Below, one piece after another: positions 37,705 through 39,252 of a stretch of DNA of 39,252 nt. A program made the position numbers and the translations under genes. The DNA lies in NCBI GenBank assembly GCA_937969565.1, contig CALBVR010000185.1, positions 1-39,252 on the forward strand, written 5' to 3'. The notes under the pieces are model-generated. The model was not told the DNA's origin. It ran no database searches and saw only the letters and a program-made list of their open reading frames with translations. This stretch comes from an uncultured Acidimicrobiales bacterium. GTDB taxonomy: Bacteria; Actinomycetota; Acidimicrobiia; Acidimicrobiales; SHLQ01. Each line of letters begins with the position of its first letter. Positions within the stretch are counted from its first letter, which is position 1.

Positions 37705-39252
37705 ATGACCAACAACGTACGACTTCCCATTCTCGCCGTCCTTGCGGTGTTCATGGTCTCTCTCGTGGCAATTGCGCCGCAGCGGGAGGTCGGAGCCCAA
37801 GGCGACGCCTGGCAATGTGAACCCGGCTTCTACCAGGTGATCTCCGGCCAGATGGCCGAGCTCGACCCGGCCACCGGCCACTACCGCCAGGTAGGTGCCG
37901 ACGACTCGAACTACAACGCCATGGGCCACCGTCACGAAGACGGCTTCCTCTATGGCATGCGGGGCAAGACGCTCCTTCGCATCGGCAACAACGGCGTTGC
38001 CGAGCCGATCGCCGAACTCGACATCGACATGGGCGGCGGCAACCCCTACACCGGAGACTTCGGTGACGACGGCCTGTTGTACATCGCCCGTGGCTCCAAC
38101 CGCTGGTATGCCGTGGACGTCACGACCGGACAGGCAACGCGCATGCCCGGCCTCGACTTCCCGACCTACACGGTGGCGGACATCGCCAACGTGAATGGCA
38201 AGTTCTACGGCGTTTCGGGCCGCGGCTCGCTCGTCGTCTTCGATCCGGTTGCCCAGAACGTCGAAGTTCGTGGCGTCGTCGAAGGACTCATCACCTCGAG
38301 CAGCAAGGCCTACGGCGCGGCATGGTCCACGGCCGGCGGCAACCTCTACGTGAACCGCAACTCGAGCGAGCTGTACCAGATCACCGGCTACTCGGGCTCG
38401 AACCCGGTCGCCACCCAGATCGGCAACACCGTCGCCACCAAGTCGAACGACGGCGCCTCCTGCCGCTACGCCATGCCGCCGGAAGGCGTGCCAGACGTCG
38501 ACGGTCCTGCGTCCGAGACCCCGCCGTCGACTCCCGAAGGCGAGAAGGCCGAAGAAGAGTACGTCCAGGCTGTTGAAAGTGGCGAGAAGGTCGTCGATCC
38601 GGAGGAGACCGGCGAGGTCGGCTCCAAGGACGACGAGCCGAAGCCCGAAGAACCGACCGACGAGAACTACGAGGCTCCCGACGCCGGACTCGGCACCGGT
38701 GCATCGTGCTCGCCGAACGTCAACGAGGACCGTCTGCCCCGCGCCGAGGTCAACGCAGCGAACTACAGCGAAGCAACCGTGCTCTACGACGGAACCTTCG
38801 GTACGCCGGATTCCGAGAACTGGCTGATCCAGTCCGGTAGCTGGGCGTTCAACAACGGTGCCTACGAGCAGCAGAACACCTGTGGCTTCGACTACACCTC
38901 GCTGCTCGTCGCTCCGGCGCTCGCCAACTACGTGTTCGAAGCGTCGTTCCATGACCTCGACGGCGTCAACCACGGCGGCATCGTGATCGGCCAGGCCTCC
39001 GAGGCCTCTCGTGCCGGCGCTTGGTTGATCGACCTCTCCGAGGACGGCACCGTGCTCCGCTGGGGCCAGTACAACGACAGCGGCTACTACGGCACCGACG
39101 GCGTCGTCGTCCCGGTGACGCCACCCGACGCCGGCGAGGTCGTGACCATCTCGGCTCGTGTGCTCGACGGCGTCGTGTACGTGTCCTACAACGGCGAGCC
39201 GATGGGTGAGATCCAGTCGACGGCCACCGGCCACGTGGGCCTGGTGTCCAGC
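37705..39252 (+). CDS. Large secreted protein: DUF6923-like propeller region, acidic linker, beta-sandwich (LamG/DUF1080-like) domain; runs off the window
   Basis: Not in the track because it has no stop. Manual translation: MTNNVRLPILAVLAVFMVSLVAIAP (signal peptide)...YNAMGHRHEDGFLYG...GDFGDDG...YGAAW...SNDGASC, acidic linker, NWLIQSGSWAFNNGAYEQ...GHVGLVS. Confidence 0.8.
   Translation, partial: MTNNVRLPILAVLAVFMVSLVAIAPQREVGAQGDAWQCEPGFYQVISGQMAELDPATGHYRQVGADDSNYNAMGHRHEDGFLYGMRGKTLLRIGNNGVAEPIAELDIDMGGGNPYTGDFGDDGLLYIARGSNRWYAVDVTTGQATRMPGLDFPTYTVADIANVNGKFYGVSGRGSLVVFDPVAQNVEVRGVVEGLITSSSKAYGAAWSTAGGNLYVNRNSSELYQITGYSGSNPVATQIGNTVATKSNDGASCRYAMPPEGVPDVDGPASETPPSTPEGEKAEEEYVQAVESGEKVVDPEETGEVGSKDDEPKPEEPTDENYEAPDAGLGTGASCSPNVNEDRLPRAEVNAANYSEATVLYDGTFGTPDSENWLIQSGSWAFNNGAYEQQNTCGFDYTSLLVAPALANYVFEASFHDLDGVNHGGIVIGQASEASRAGAWLIDLSEDGTVLRWGQYNDSGYYGTDGVVVPVTPPDAGEVVTISARVLDGVVYVSYNGEPMGEIQSTATGHVGLVSS

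Noticed and set aside
1-39252. Mobile element, prophage or defence island
   Set aside because: No integrase, transposase, tRNA target, terminal repeats or evident compositional shift; the signalling genes are interspersed with core genes.

Overview
High-GC, gene-dense chromosomal window whose gene content points to an actinobacterium, possibly Acidimicrobiia-like (taxonomy is inference from NucS, an Rv2744c-type PspA, a TLP1-type thiolase-like protein and the rplU-rpmA-obgE-proB order). It holds about 31 CDS, mostly housekeeping: moxR/vWA pair, divergent proA, murJ, proB, obgE, rpmA, rplU, nucS, typA, trpB2 and lipid/acyl-CoA enzymes. I see no rRNA, tRNA, CRISPR array, transposase or phage genes. 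The best candidates for undescribed biology are (1) a tandem pair of PspA/ESCRT-III-like paralogs, the second lacking the N-terminal membrane helix, (2) a class III cyclase-STAND ATPase-helical repeat protein with no HTH and a substituted purine-specifying Lys, (3) a divergent pair of a hybrid Hpt kinase and a twin-cNMP-domain patatin, and (4) a divergent ProA with an N-terminal extension. DNA-level signals include TANNNT boxes 5-8 nt before about ten start codons (leaderless signature), two operator-like palindromic sites, an ECF-type promoter and a 12x EDPPA coding repeat. All protein calls come from motif recognition by eye; no database searches were run.
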